A stretch of DNA of 64,000 nt from Patescibacteria group bacterium. GTDB lineage: Bacteria; Patescibacteriota; Patescibacteriia; JAHIZJ01. The DNA is taken from the NCBI GenBank assembly GCA_041650335.1, contig JBAZLK010000001.1, positions 228,940 to 292,939 of the forward strand. Reading direction: 5' to 3'. Positions 37,615-46,729 of this stretch are shown piece after piece; the first letter of the stretch is position 1, and each line of letters begins with the position of its first letter. The translations under genes were made by a program, and so were the position numbers. Below the pieces are notes generated by a model that was not told the DNA's origin, did no database searches, and saw nothing but the letters and a program-made list of their open reading frames with translations.

Positions 37615-38391
37615 TCAGGCCCGCGTCATGCCGTTGAAGTTCGGCTTGATGACGTGGTACCGTCCCTGCCAGGCCGCGTTGGTCGTGAGAGCGATCTGCG
37701 CCATGGTTCCGACGTACTGGCCGTTCGTCGAGTTGGCCACGTCGGTGTTCTGCTCCGCCGTCGCCGCGAAGTCGTCGCAGGTGTCGGCGGTGGTGCTCAT
37801 CGGGATCGAGTACTCGGAGGTCTTCAGGTAGGGTAGGTTCGTCGCCGTGTTCGCGTTCTGTTCGCTGGCATCGGCGGCGGTCTTCGTGTCGGTGGTCAGG
37901 GCGGCGTCGGTCTGCGCGTTGGCTCTGCCCTGCGCTTCCTGTGACGCCGAGGTCGATGCCAGCGGGTTCTCGTTGCCGGAGAAGGTGTTCGAAAGAACGG
38001 GAGCCAGGTTCGCGGAAAGGAAGGTCGCGTTGGCTCTGCCCTCGCTTCCTACCGTGACCGCGATGGTCTGCTTCGCGATCCAGCTCGATTCCTCAGCGGT
38101 CTCGTTGTTGGTCGTCAGCTCGTTCTCGGCATAGGTCTTGCTCGTAGTAGCCGCGAACTGATCCACCCCACCCGCAGCCTCGCAGGCGATATCGGTGGAA
38201 GAGCTGATGATGGTCTCGCTGACGGCGACGGCGGTCGATGTGCCGGTGGCGGTCAGCGCGTCCGGAGCGATGGTCGCGACCTGCGCGTCGTTGCTGTACG
38301 CCGTCTTAGCGTTGGTGGCGCTGCAGAACGTGGCCGGAACCAGGAACACAACTGCGAACAGTGCGAGTATCCAGAACTGCGTTCTCCTCAT
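37615..38391 (-). CDS. Orphan secreted Ala/Thr-rich protein
   Basis: Signal peptide MRRTQFWILALFAVVFLVPATFC; AAGGAGG RBS; internal GRANA and FAAT repeats; GC-rich. Confidence 0.7.
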   Translation of the reverse strand: MRRTQFWILALFAVVFLVPATFCSATNAKTAYSNDAQVATIAPDALTATGTSTAVAVSETIISSSTDIACEAAGGVDQFAATTSKTYAENELTTNNETAEESSWIAKQTIAVTVGSEGRANATFLSANLAPVLSNTFSGNENPLASTSASQEAQGRANAQTDAALTTDTKTAADASEQNANTATNLPYLKTSEYSIPMSTTADTCDDFAATAEQNTDVANSTNGQYVGTMAQIALTTNAAWQGRYHVIKPNFNGMTRA

Positions 38392-38683
38392 GAGGGGTCC
38401 CTCCTTGAGGTAGAAAATCACGGTACCTGCGTGTCTAGCACCGATGTAGTGGTGTAGCGTTTATTCCTTTCGTGGGTCCTCCAGGTCCCGATAAGGAATG
38501 CCGCCGCAATGGACGACGACGGGTTAGCGGGCGTTGAAACAACACTCACTTCCTCATTAAGAATATCGACAAATTATAGAGAAATCAAGTTCCTGTCAAG
38601 TCTTTATTGACGCGAACGGCATTTTGCTTTCTTTTTCCAGCATTTTTGGTACAATAAAGGCAATAATACGTCATAATAATACG

Positions 38684-39481
38684 ATGGAAACACCAGCCAC
38701 TCCCACGTCCGCCCAACCTGACACGCGCTTTCAGCGATTGCGGCGTTTTAATCTACTGATGTTCATTTTGCATCTCGGTCAGGGCATTGCGATGCTTATT
38801 TTGAGCAATGATTTCAGTGTGCCGGTCACGACCGCGTTTGTTCAGTTTAGCCGCGTAACCAATACACTGGAACCGGTGCTGAACGAAGCCTTCAGGCTGA
38901 AACTTGGTCCGTTGGTCGCCGGTTTCTTGTTTCTCTCGGCCTTGGCCCATCTCATGATCTCACTGCCCCGGATCTATGACTGGTATGTCGCCAATTTGAA
39001 AAAGGGGATGAATCTGGCGCGCTGGATCGAATATGCGTTCAGCTCCTCGATCATGATAGTCGTCATCTCAATGCTGGTTGGAATGTACGATGGCATCAGC
39101 CTCATGTTCGCGTTTTTTCTCAACATGATGATGATCTTGTTCGGCTGGGTGATGGAAGTGCACAATCAAACCACGCCAAAAACGAACTGGATTTCCTATA
39201 TCTTTGGTTGTATCGCCGGTGCCATCCCATGGGTCGCAGTTGCGCTCTATCTATTCTTGTCAGGCAGCGGCGATGCCAAAGCCCCGACATTTGTTTACTG
39301 GATTTTCTTTTCCATATTCCTATTCTTCAATGTATTCGCTGTCAACATGATTCTCCAGTACAAGAAGGTCGGTAAGTGGCGCGATTACCTCTATGGCGAG
39401 CGCGCCTACATCATCCTCAGCCTGGTGGCGAAATCGCTGCTGGCTTGGCAAGTCTGGGCGGGGACGTTGCGGCCAGTTTAA
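38684..39481 (+). CDS. Heliorhodopsin
   Basis: LRRFN...LHLGQ, RWIEYAFSSSIM, GERAYIILSLVAKSLLAWQ (retinal-binding Lys in SLVAK); 7 TM. Confidence 0.93.
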   Translation: METPATPTSAQPDTRFQRLRRFNLLMFILHLGQGIAMLILSNDFSVPVTTAFVQFSRVTNTLEPVLNEAFRLKLGPLVAGFLFLSALAHLMISLPRIYDWYVANLKKGMNLARWIEYAFSSSIMIVVISMLVGMYDGISLMFAFFLNMMMILFGWVMEVHNQTTPKTNWISYIFGCIAGAIPWVAVALYLFLSGSGDAKAPTFVYWIFFSIFLFFNVFAVNMILQYKKVGKWRDYLYGERAYIILSLVAKSLLAWQVWAGTLRPV

Positions 39482-39492
39482 GAGCAATTATA

Positions 39493-39572
39493 AAATTCAA
39501 AATTAAGAATTAATAATTATAGTACCCACCCAAGGTGGGTCACATTCATTCCTCCTTCTGAATTCTGAATTT
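39493..39572. repeat. Heptamer-periodic inverted-repeat element, copy 1
   Basis: Arms AAATTCAAAATTAAGAA / TTCTGAATTCTGAATTT; inner hairpin ACCCACC-CAA-GGTGGGT followed by CACATTCATT. Confidence 0.65.
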
Positions 39573-39599
39573 GGTTTAATTATTAGTAAACAACTCTGT

Positions 39600-40349
39600 A
39601 TGGAAACACCAGCCGAACAAAAACCAGTTGGCTCAGTAGAACAGCCAGTAAAGCCAATTGAAAAACCAGCTAAGAAACACCATCGTCTCCGGACGACACT
39701 GATTGTCCTGGCGATTATCATTGTTGTGCTCGGAGTCGGCGTCGCCGCGACCGGACTGATTACCATACCGGGCCTCTCGGATATTCTTGGTACCAGCAAG
39801 CCGAAAGATCTGGGCGTGAAAGCCAGCCAAGAGGCGTTGACGAGTTTGGAAAAGAAAATGCCGGTAACGATTGAGGGCGGTGCGTCGGAATTATGCCTGG
39901 CCTGTAACCAGACGTATTCGGGTGTGGTTTCAGTTACCGCCAACCGTACGTCCGAAGAGATGACTTCCTTCCTCAAGCTCTGGCCGCGGCAGGAAGACGA
40001 TATTCTAAAAAACACCCAGGTTAAATTTATTGATGGCGGGTTGGAAATATCGACCAAGCTGCACAAATACATTCAAGCGCCCGTCTACGTGAAGGTGCTG
40101 GTCGAGCGGACGTCGAATAAAACGGTGCGACTCAATATTACTCAGGGGAAGATCGGTATTTTCAGCGTACCGGATAAGTACCTCCGTCAAGCGACTGACT
40201 TTTTCCAGGACCTGGTGAATAATCGCCTGGCTGATGTGACCGGCTTTTCCATGGACCGGCTCGAATACCATGATGGGTACTCGACATTTTCCGGTACCTA
40301 TCCGGCGGTAGTGAAGCCGGCGTCAGGCAAGTGGACCGAGACATTTTAA
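39600..40349 (+). CDS. Membrane-anchored hypothetical protein
   Basis: Pro/Lys-rich N-terminus, single TM, beta-rich extracellular domain. Confidence 0.75.
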   Translation: METPAEQKPVGSVEQPVKPIEKPAKKHHRLRTTLIVLAIIIVVLGVGVAATGLITIPGLSDILGTSKPKDLGVKASQEALTSLEKKMPVTIEGGASELCLACNQTYSGVVSVTANRTSEEMTSFLKLWPRQEDDILKNTQVKFIDGGLEISTKLHKYIQAPVYVKVLVERTSNKTVRLNITQGKIGIFSVPDKYLRQATDFFQDLVNNRLADVTGFSMDRLEYHDGYSTFSGTYPAVVKPASGKWTETF

Positions 40350-40437
40350 ATTGACGATCATCGATTGACAAACCGGGCGCGGCCATGATATTGTGGCCGC
40401 GTCGGTTTTCGTTTCATCCAACCACGGAGGGGTGTGC

Positions 40438-40857
40438 ATGAGCTCGACGATGTGGTCGTGGAAGCAGTGGGGGAAACTGGTCCTCTACGACGTGTTCTTT
40501 CTGATCGTGATCGGGATCGCCCTGACAGCCGTCAGCCATCGCAGCATCTTTGGTCAGTTGATCTGGCTGGCTGGTCTGACGGGCTTTTCCGGACTGATCG
40601 GATTGGTCTTCAGCATCGGGCCGAGATATTTCGTCAACATCGAAAACCGGCCCGCTCGGATCGCGCTCTGGTTCGTTGTCAGCGCGGCAGTCATCAGCCC
40701 GCTGGCCCTCGGTACCCTCTGGGCCTGGGAACTGAAGGCCGGTTTGGACGCGTTCGCGCTGTTGGGCGGCGGCCTGGCCGGTTACTTCTGGAGCCAGCTT
40801 GATCACTGGCGCCGCACCCTCAGGGCTGGAACAATCCAGCCGTCGCGCCTGGCGTAA
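40438..40857 (+). CDS. Orphan 4-TM membrane protein
   Basis: TTGACA(40365) promoter; CCACGGAGGGG RBS; hairpin plus T-tract after the stop. Confidence 0.65.
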   Translation: MSSTMWSWKQWGKLVLYDVFFLIVIGIALTAVSHRSIFGQLIWLAGLTGFSGLIGLVFSIGPRYFVNIENRPARIALWFVVSAAVISPLALGTLWAWELKAGLDAFALLGGGLAGYFWSQLDHWRRTLRAGTIQPSRLA

Positions 40858-40953
40858 TGCGCTAGGCCTTTTTTTATCCTCGAGATATTATCAACCACCG
40901 GCTAAAAAATAAAAAAACCGGAATCAGCCGGAAATATAATCCCTAAACGAAAA

Positions 40954-42051
40954 TTACTGCGCTCGTATTCGGAAGCCCTTCCAGGCCAAGATAAATGACG
41001 CCACAATCCAGCCGCCGAGGATAGCCAGGGCGGTCGGGTAGTCGAACGGCGTACGGCCGTCGATCGAAATGCCGCGCAATATTTTTAAAAGAGAGGTCAG
41101 GGGCAGGAAGTCAACGATTTTTCCGACCGCCTTTGGCAGCATATCGGGCGAGAAAAAGACACCGGAAAGAAACATCATCGGCGTGGTAATCGCGTTCGCC
41201 ATCGCTTCGGCCGTGTTCACGGTCTTTGCCTGTCCGGCCACGAAAAAGCCGATGTTCAAGAACACGATTGTTCCCACGAGCGTTGTCAGCGCCAACCAGA
41301 CGTAGCTGCCATAGACCTGGACGTGGAAGACAAACCGGCCGACCCCGATAATCAAGGCAATTTGGATCATGGCCAAGAAGAGATAATTGCCAATTTCAGA
41401 AATCAGATAGCTGCGGATATTAATCGGCGTGGCGACTAGCCGTTTCAATATTTTTCGTTCGCGATAGCGGGTGATGCCGACCGCAATGCCGATAATGGAG
41501 GAAAACATGATCGCCATGCCGAGGATGCCGGGCATGATGAAATCGAGGTATTTAATGTTGTGGCCCTGGACGCCCTCAGATCGGACGAGAAAGAGTTTCG
41601 GCGTGCCCGTGCTTTGGAGGGTGTAGTCGTTCAAAAACTGATTTACGACAGTGACGATGATCTGGCTTTGTTGGTTGCTTCCGTCGATAATGACGTTGAA
41701 CGGTATCGGTTCTTTTTGGTCTTTCGGATTAACGGTCCCGAATTCCTTTGGAATGATAATGATGCCGGCCAGTTCGCTTTTTTTCATTTGCTCACGCGCT
41801 GCATCAATCGTGCCGAAATCCTTCTGATAAAAAACATTGAGCCCCATGAGTTGATCGATCAGTTGCCGCGAGGTGTCGTTCCTCGCTTCATCGATGAATT
41901 GGACATTAAATTTCTGCGGCGTGTCAAAACGGAACAAGCCGAAAATAATAAGAAACAAAAGCGGGAACAGCAGCGACCAAAAAAGCGACTGTCGATCCCG
42001 GAAGGTCATTTTGATATTGGCGACGAACAGCCGCCAGGTCGGGTTATTCAC
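40954..42051 (-). CDS. ABC-2 type transporter permease
   Basis: YLDFIMPGILGM, RERKILKRLVATP, PMMFLSGVFF. Confidence 0.92.
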   Translation of the reverse strand: MNNPTWRLFVANIKMTFRDRQSLFWSLLFPLLFLIIFGLFRFDTPQKFNVQFIDEARNDTSRQLIDQLMGLNVFYQKDFGTIDAAREQMKKSELAGIIIIPKEFGTVNPKDQKEPIPFNVIIDGSNQQSQIIVTVVNQFLNDYTLQSTGTPKLFLVRSEGVQGHNIKYLDFIMPGILGMAIMFSSIIGIAVGITRYRERKILKRLVATPINIRSYLISEIGNYLFLAMIQIALIIGVGRFVFHVQVYGSYVWLALTTLVGTIVFLNIGFFVAGQAKTVNTAEAMANAITTPMMFLSGVFFSPDMLPKAVGKIVDFLPLTSLLKILRGISIDGRTPFDYPTALAILGGWIVASFILAWKGFRIRAQ

Positions 42052-42973
42052 GGAGCCGGCTCCCGGTTAGGTGTAAGAACACATCCTCAAGATTGGCACG
42101 CGCAATCTCAATGTCGCGCAGGGGATTGTTTTGCTCATGCGCCCAACGGATCAGCGGCGGCAGGGTTTCAGAGGCGTGAGTGATCTGGAGGCGATAGGTG
42201 TCTTCGCCGTTTATTTCGGATTCTTTTACGCCCGGTATCGCCAGGAATGTTTTCGGATCGACGTTTTTCTCGAGCTTGAAATGCAGATGGGCGGTCGCCT
42301 GGAGCTGGTGAATCAGATTGGCGGGCGAATCGAGCGCCACGACTTTACCGTGGTCAATGATGCCGACGCGGTCGCAGAGCTCTTCCGCTTCTTCCATATA
42401 GTGCGAGGTGAGGACGACGGTCCGTCCCTGGGAGTTTATTTTTCGGATAAAATCCCACATGTGCCGCCGCGCTTGCGGGTCCAAACCGGTAGTTGGTTCG
42501 TCGAGAAAAACGACTTCCGGTTCATTGACCAGGCTGACGGCGATCGAGAAACGCTGTTGCTGTCCGCCCGAGAGTTCCTTGACGAGCGCTTTTCGTTTTT
42601 CCGACAGCTCGACGATTTCGAGCAGTTCAGCCGCATCAGCTTGCTTCGGATAAAAACTTCCGAAAAGCTTCAAAATTTCCATCAAGTTCAGGTAGTCGAA
42701 AAAAGACGAGGATTGCAGCTGAATACCGATGCGCTGTTTCACTTTCTGCACCTCTTTCCGTGAATCAAGACCGAGCACCGACGTGGTGCCGCGGGTGGGG
42801 TTCTGCAAGCCTTCAATAATCTCAAGGGTGGTTGTTTTGCCGGCGCCATTTGGGCCAAGTAAGCCAAAAATTTCACCTTTCTTGATCGAAAAGGAAACAC
42901 CGTCAACGGCCGTGAGTTCGCCGCCGGGTTGGGGGAATATTTTGACGAGATTGTTTACTTCGATAACCGACAT
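42044..42973 (-). CDS. ABC transporter ATP-binding protein (DrrA/NodI-like)
   Basis: GPNGAGKTT, LSGGQQQR, FLDEPTTGLDP, SHYMEEA, LEDVFL. Confidence 0.95.
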   Translation of the reverse strand: MSVIEVNNLVKIFPQPGGELTAVDGVSFSIKKGEIFGLLGPNGAGKTTTLEIIEGLQNPTRGTTSVLGLDSRKEVQKVKQRIGIQLQSSSFFDYLNLMEILKLFGSFYPKQADAAELLEIVELSEKRKALVKELSGGQQQRFSIAVSLVNEPEVVFLDEPTTGLDPQARRHMWDFIRKINSQGRTVVLTSHYMEEAEELCDRVGIIDHGKVVALDSPANLIHQLQATAHLHFKLEKNVDPKTFLAIPGVKESEINGEDTYRLQITHASETLPPLIRWAHEQNNPLRDIEIARANLEDVFLHLTGSRLRE

Positions 42974-43020
42974 AGCCTGACCAGTATATCAGAGCGACCC
43001 ACGCCGGTCAAACCCTTGAT

Positions 43021-43049
43021 TTGACAGATAAAAAAGGCTATAGTACAAT
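43021..43049 (+). promoter_or_regulatory. sigma70 promoter of infA-rpsI operon
   Basis: TTGACA-17-TACAAT. Confidence 0.75.
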
Positions 43050-43162
43050 GCTTTTGGGTAAATAAATATTACCAGATGTCAAGATTTTGTCTCGAACAGC
43101 GGTAGAATCAAAGAAATTCTCTGTCGGGCTATCTTGACGAGAATTTTTCGTTTTCGCAATCC

Positions 43163-43414
43163 ATGGAGAGACGAAAGCCGTATACACCAACACGACCCCG
43201 CGTTAAACCTGGCTTTGTCGAAGCCAGCGGTGTCGTCGAGGAATTATTGCCCAACGCCACCTTTCGCGTTACCTTAGACAATGGTCACGCGGTCTTGGCT
43301 CATCTCTCCGGGCGCATGCGCATGAATCGCATCAAGATTCTGCCGGGCGATCGAGTCAGCCTGGAAATGACCCCGTATGATTTAACAAAAGGCAGAATAA
43401 CGTACCGACAATAA
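43163..43414 (+). CDS. infA: Translation initiation factor IF-1
   Basis: [33 protein letters not shown]. Confidence 0.98.
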   Translation: MERRKPYTPTRPRVKPGFVEASGVVEELLPNATFRVTLDNGHAVLAHLSGRMRMNRIKILPGDRVSLEMTPYDLTKGRITYRQ

Positions 43415-43416
43415 TC

Positions 43417-43530
43417 ATGAAAGTTCGCGCTTCGGTTAAAAAAATGTGCATGCAGTGCAAAGTCGTTCGACGGAAAAAACGGCTGGTTGTGATTTGCTCA
43501 AACCCGAAGCATAAACAGCGCCAAGGGTAA
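43417..43530 (+). CDS. rpmJ: 50S ribosomal protein L36 (below ORF-track cutoff)
   Basis: [37 protein letters not shown]. Confidence 0.97.
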   Translation: MKVRASVKKMCMQCKVVRRKKRLVVICSNPKHKQRQG

Positions 43531-43547
43531 TATCATTATCACGTCTT

Positions 43548-43940
43548 ATGGCCGCACGTATCGCCGGAGTAACCCTCCCACAGAACAAACGCATCGAATT
43601 CGGACTAACCTATGTCTATGGCGTAGGGCATTCCTCGGTGCTGAAAATATTGGCGGCGACGAAAATATCGCCCGACATCCGAACCCAGGATCTGACCACC
43701 GAGCAAATAAAATCGTTGAGCGACTATATTACGAAGAATTTTAAAGTTGAAGGTGAATTGCGCCGCGAGCGAACTGGCAATGTGAAGCGATTAAAGGATA
43801 TCGGCGCCTACCGGGGCACCCGGCACACCAAGGGGCTGCCGGTTCGCGGCCAACGTACCCGCACGAACACCCGGACGGTTCGCGGTAACGTCCGTCATAC
43901 GATGGGCTCGGGCCGTCGGCCGTCGGCAGAAAAGACATAA
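43548..43940 (+). CDS. rpsM: 30S ribosomal protein S13
   Basis: [24 protein letters not shown]. Confidence 0.98.
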   Translation: MAARIAGVTLPQNKRIEFGLTYVYGVGHSSVLKILAATKISPDIRTQDLTTEQIKSLSDYITKNFKVEGELRRERTGNVKRLKDIGAYRGTRHTKGLPVRGQRTRTNTRTVRGNVRHTMGSGRRPSAEKT

Positions 43941-43954
43941 TCTAACGATCACCC

Positions 43955-44416
43955 ATGGCAGAACAACAACCAGCAAAAGCGGAAGAAAAAAAAGAACCAG
44001 CCGTCGCGGCTGAAAAAACCGATACCAAGGCGAAACCGGCGTATCGCAAGAAAAAAAAGACGCGAAAATTTGTTACCCGCGGGATTGCGCATATTTCCGC
44101 GACCTACAATAACACGATCGTTGCGATCAGCGATCCTGAGGGGAATGTGCTGGGCTGGTCTTCGGCCGGTCAAAATGGATTTAAGGGTCCGAAGAAAGCG
44201 ACGCCGTATGCGGCCGGTATCATCGTTCGTTCGTTGATGGACAAGCTGCGGGACTACGGCTTGCGCGAAGTCGACGTAAAGGTGAAGGGTGTCGGGTCCG
44301 GACGCGAGGCGGCCATCCGTGGTCTCAACGCTCAGGGTTTAAACATATTATCAATCAAAGACATAACGCCGGTACCGCATAACGGTCCTCGGCCGCGCAA
44401 GGTGCGCCGAGTCTAA
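43955..44416 (+). CDS. rpsK: 30S ribosomal protein S11 (N-terminal charged extension)
   Basis: ATYNNTIV, TPYAA, GSGREAA, DITPVPHNG. Confidence 0.98.
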   Translation: MAEQQPAKAEEKKEPAVAAEKTDTKAKPAYRKKKKTRKFVTRGIAHISATYNNTIVAISDPEGNVLGWSSAGQNGFKGPKKATPYAAGIIVRSLMDKLRDYGLREVDVKVKGVGSGREAAIRGLNAQGLNILSIKDITPVPHNGPRPRKVRRV

Positions 44417-44433
44417 GGCGAAGGATATTTATT

Positions 44434-45063
44434 ATGGCGAGAGGTATCGATCATAAATGCAAGCAGTGTCGCCGAGAGGGTGAGAAACTTTTTCTCAAAG
44501 GCGAAAAGTGTTTCAGCGGCAAATGCCCGATCGTAAAGCGGAATTACCCGCCGGGACTCCACGGCGTGAAGGGGCGCTCGCGGCAATCAAATTTCGGTAT
44601 GCAGCTTCGCGAAAAGCAAAAGGCAAAACGCCTCTATCGCTTGAGCGAGCGGCAATTCTTTAATTATTTCCAAAAAGCCACAAAGCAGCAGGGCGAAACA
44701 GTCGAGAATTTCTTGCGCTTGCTCGAACTGCGGCTTGATAACGTCATCTACCGATTGGGTATCGGCGCCTCGCGCGATCAAGCTCGACAGATTGTCGGAC
44801 ACGGTTTTGTGCTGGTCAATGGCCGCGGGGTCAATATCCCGTCGTACCAAGTGAAGGCAGGCGACGTGATTACCATCAAGGAAACGAAGCAAAAACGGCC
44901 GGCTTTCCAGGAAGCGCTGAAGAAGCTGGAAAAACATGAAACCCCCTCCTGGCTGTCGTTTGATAAGCCCGCCGTCAAAGCAACGGTCACGGCCGTGCCA
45001 ACCATGCCTGAACTGAAGCAGAATTTTCAGCCCCAGCTGATCATCGAGTTTTATTCGCGATAA
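44434..45063 (+). CDS. rpsD: 30S ribosomal protein S4
   Basis: CKQCRREG, QLREKQK, LELRLDNV, IIEFYSR. Confidence 0.98.
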   Translation: MARGIDHKCKQCRREGEKLFLKGEKCFSGKCPIVKRNYPPGLHGVKGRSRQSNFGMQLREKQKAKRLYRLSERQFFNYFQKATKQQGETVENFLRLLELRLDNVIYRLGIGASRDQARQIVGHGFVLVNGRGVNIPSYQVKAGDVITIKETKQKRPAFQEALKKLEKHETPSWLSFDKPAVKATVTAVPTMPELKQNFQPQLIIEFYSR

Positions 45064-45084
45064 ATAATTAGATAAGCCACTTTT

Positions 45085-45885
45085 ATGGAAAAGATACCTT
45101 TACCAAAAAAATTAGGAATCACCCCGGTTGCCGATCATCAGGCGACCTTCACGATTGAGCCCTGCTATCCCGGATATGGTACCACGCTCGGCAACGCCTT
45201 GCGTCGGGTGCTCTTATCTTCGCTGGAAGGGGGAGCTATTACCGCCGTCAAGATCAAGGGTGTCAATCATGAATTTTCCACCCTGCCGAACGTAAAAGAA
45301 GATGTGGTCGAAATTATTTTGAATCTTAAGGCGATCCGTTTACAAGTGAACACCGATGAGCCTCAAACCGTCACCATCAAGGCCAAGGGCGAGAAGAAGG
45401 TTACCGGCAAGGATATAAAATGTCCGACCGGCGTCGAAGTATTTACTACCGACCAGATCATTGCCACGCTGACAGACAAAAGCGCGGAATTTGAAGCTGA
45501 GCTCCGGGTGGAAAAAGGGCGCGGCTATATTCCCGTCGAAAACCGGGAAAAAGAGAAGAATGAAATTGGCATGATCGCCATTGATGCCGTCTATACGCCA
45601 ATTCGAAACGTCAACTTCGAAGTGGATAGTGTGCGGGTCGGTCAGATGACGAATTTCGATAAGCTCGTCCTTGATATTACTACCGACGGCACGATTTCGC
45701 CGGTGGAAGCCTTTACGCAAGCAACGCAGATTCTCGAAGATCATTTCCAATTCATCCTGGGCGCGGCCAAAGAAGAGCACGCGACCGAGGAGCCGGCCGA
45801 GAAGGAAAAAGAGAAGGAAGAAAAAGCCGCCGAACCGAAGAAGAAACGCGGCCGCCCGAAAAAAACTGAAGCGAAAGAGGAATAA
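45085..45885 (+). CDS. rpoA: RNA polymerase alpha subunit lacking the canonical CTD
   Basis: GYGTTLGNALRRVLLSS, HEFST, GRGY, TDGTISP; 266 aa, ending in a charged tail. Confidence 0.96.
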   Translation: MEKIPLPKKLGITPVADHQATFTIEPCYPGYGTTLGNALRRVLLSSLEGGAITAVKIKGVNHEFSTLPNVKEDVVEIILNLKAIRLQVNTDEPQTVTIKAKGEKKVTGKDIKCPTGVEVFTTDQIIATLTDKSAEFEAELRVEKGRGYIPVENREKEKNEIGMIAIDAVYTPIRNVNFEVDSVRVGQMTNFDKLVLDITTDGTISPVEAFTQATQILEDHFQFILGAAKEEHATEEPAEKEKEKEEKAAEPKKKRGRPKKTEAKEE

Positions 45886-45900
45886 TAACCGTCATCAGTT

Positions 45901-46368
45901 ATGCGTCATCGAAGTAAGAAAAAAACACTCGATCGTCCCACGTCGCAACGCCGCCTGCTTCGACGCAATTTAGCGGTGAGTCTGATTGTGTCGGAGCACA
46001 TCCAGACCACGGTCGCCAAGGCGAAATGGCTGCGTCCATTCGTCGAACGGCTCATCACCCTGTCACGGAAGCAAACTCTGGCGGCGCGGCGCCATGCCCT
46101 TGATCTGCTGACTGACCGAACAGCGGTGAATAAGCTCATCCATGAGCTCGCCCCGCGCTATGCGAAGCGCCCCGGCGGCTATACTCGTATCGTGAAAACA
46201 GGCCCGCGCTCCGGCGATGGCGCTCGGATGGCCGTGATCGAGTTTGTCGATCGTCCAGCCGCGCCAACATTGAAGAAGGGGAAGGGCAAAGACAAGGAAG
46301 AAAAATCGAAAGAAGGAACCGGCGATAAGAAAGAACATAAAGGAAAAGAGCATGCGGAGAAAAAATAA
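45901..46368 (+). CDS. rplQ: 50S ribosomal protein L17 (Lys/Glu C-terminal tail)
   Basis: MRHR, TTVAKAK, RPGGYTRI, GDGA. Confidence 0.97.
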   Translation: MRHRSKKKTLDRPTSQRRLLRRNLAVSLIVSEHIQTTVAKAKWLRPFVERLITLSRKQTLAARRHALDLLTDRTAVNKLIHELAPRYAKRPGGYTRIVKTGPRSGDGARMAVIEFVDRPAAPTLKKGKGKDKEEKSKEGTGDKKEHKGKEHAEKK

Positions 46369-46726
46369 GCATACCTTTAAAACACTCGAAACACATACGC
46401 TTGATGCCACCGGACAGTCGTTCGGTCGTTTAGCGACTCAAATCGCCCGGCTGCTACAGGGCAAGCATCGTCCCGAATATTCTCCGGAAGCCGACCCGAT
46501 CATTGTGGTAAATGTAACGCACGCCGAGGCGATGAAAATAACCGGGAAAAAACCGGAACAAAAAATATACTATCGCCACACCGGTTATCCCGGACACTTG
46601 AAAGGCGTTTCACTGGCCCATTTTCTAAAGGCGAAACCCAGCGTCATTATTTATAAAGCGGTTGAAAATATGCTTCCGAAAAACAGGCTCCGCAGCCGAC
46701 GACTCAATCGATTAAAATTTATATAA
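46352..46726 (+). CDS. rplM: 50S ribosomal protein L13
   Basis: DATGQSFGRLA, LQGKH, YYRHTGYPG, MLPKN. Confidence 0.95.
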   Translation: MRRKNKHTFKTLETHTLDATGQSFGRLATQIARLLQGKHRPEYSPEADPIIVVNVTHAEAMKITGKKPEQKIYYRHTGYPGHLKGVSLAHFLKAKPSVIIYKAVENMLPKNRLRSRRLNRLKFI

Positions 46727-46729
46727 CGT

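Noticed and set aside
41560-42763. Long antisense ORFs opposite the ABC transporter (and similar ones opposite mur genes)
   Set aside because: Shadow frames of well-supported genes, with no recognisable motifs.
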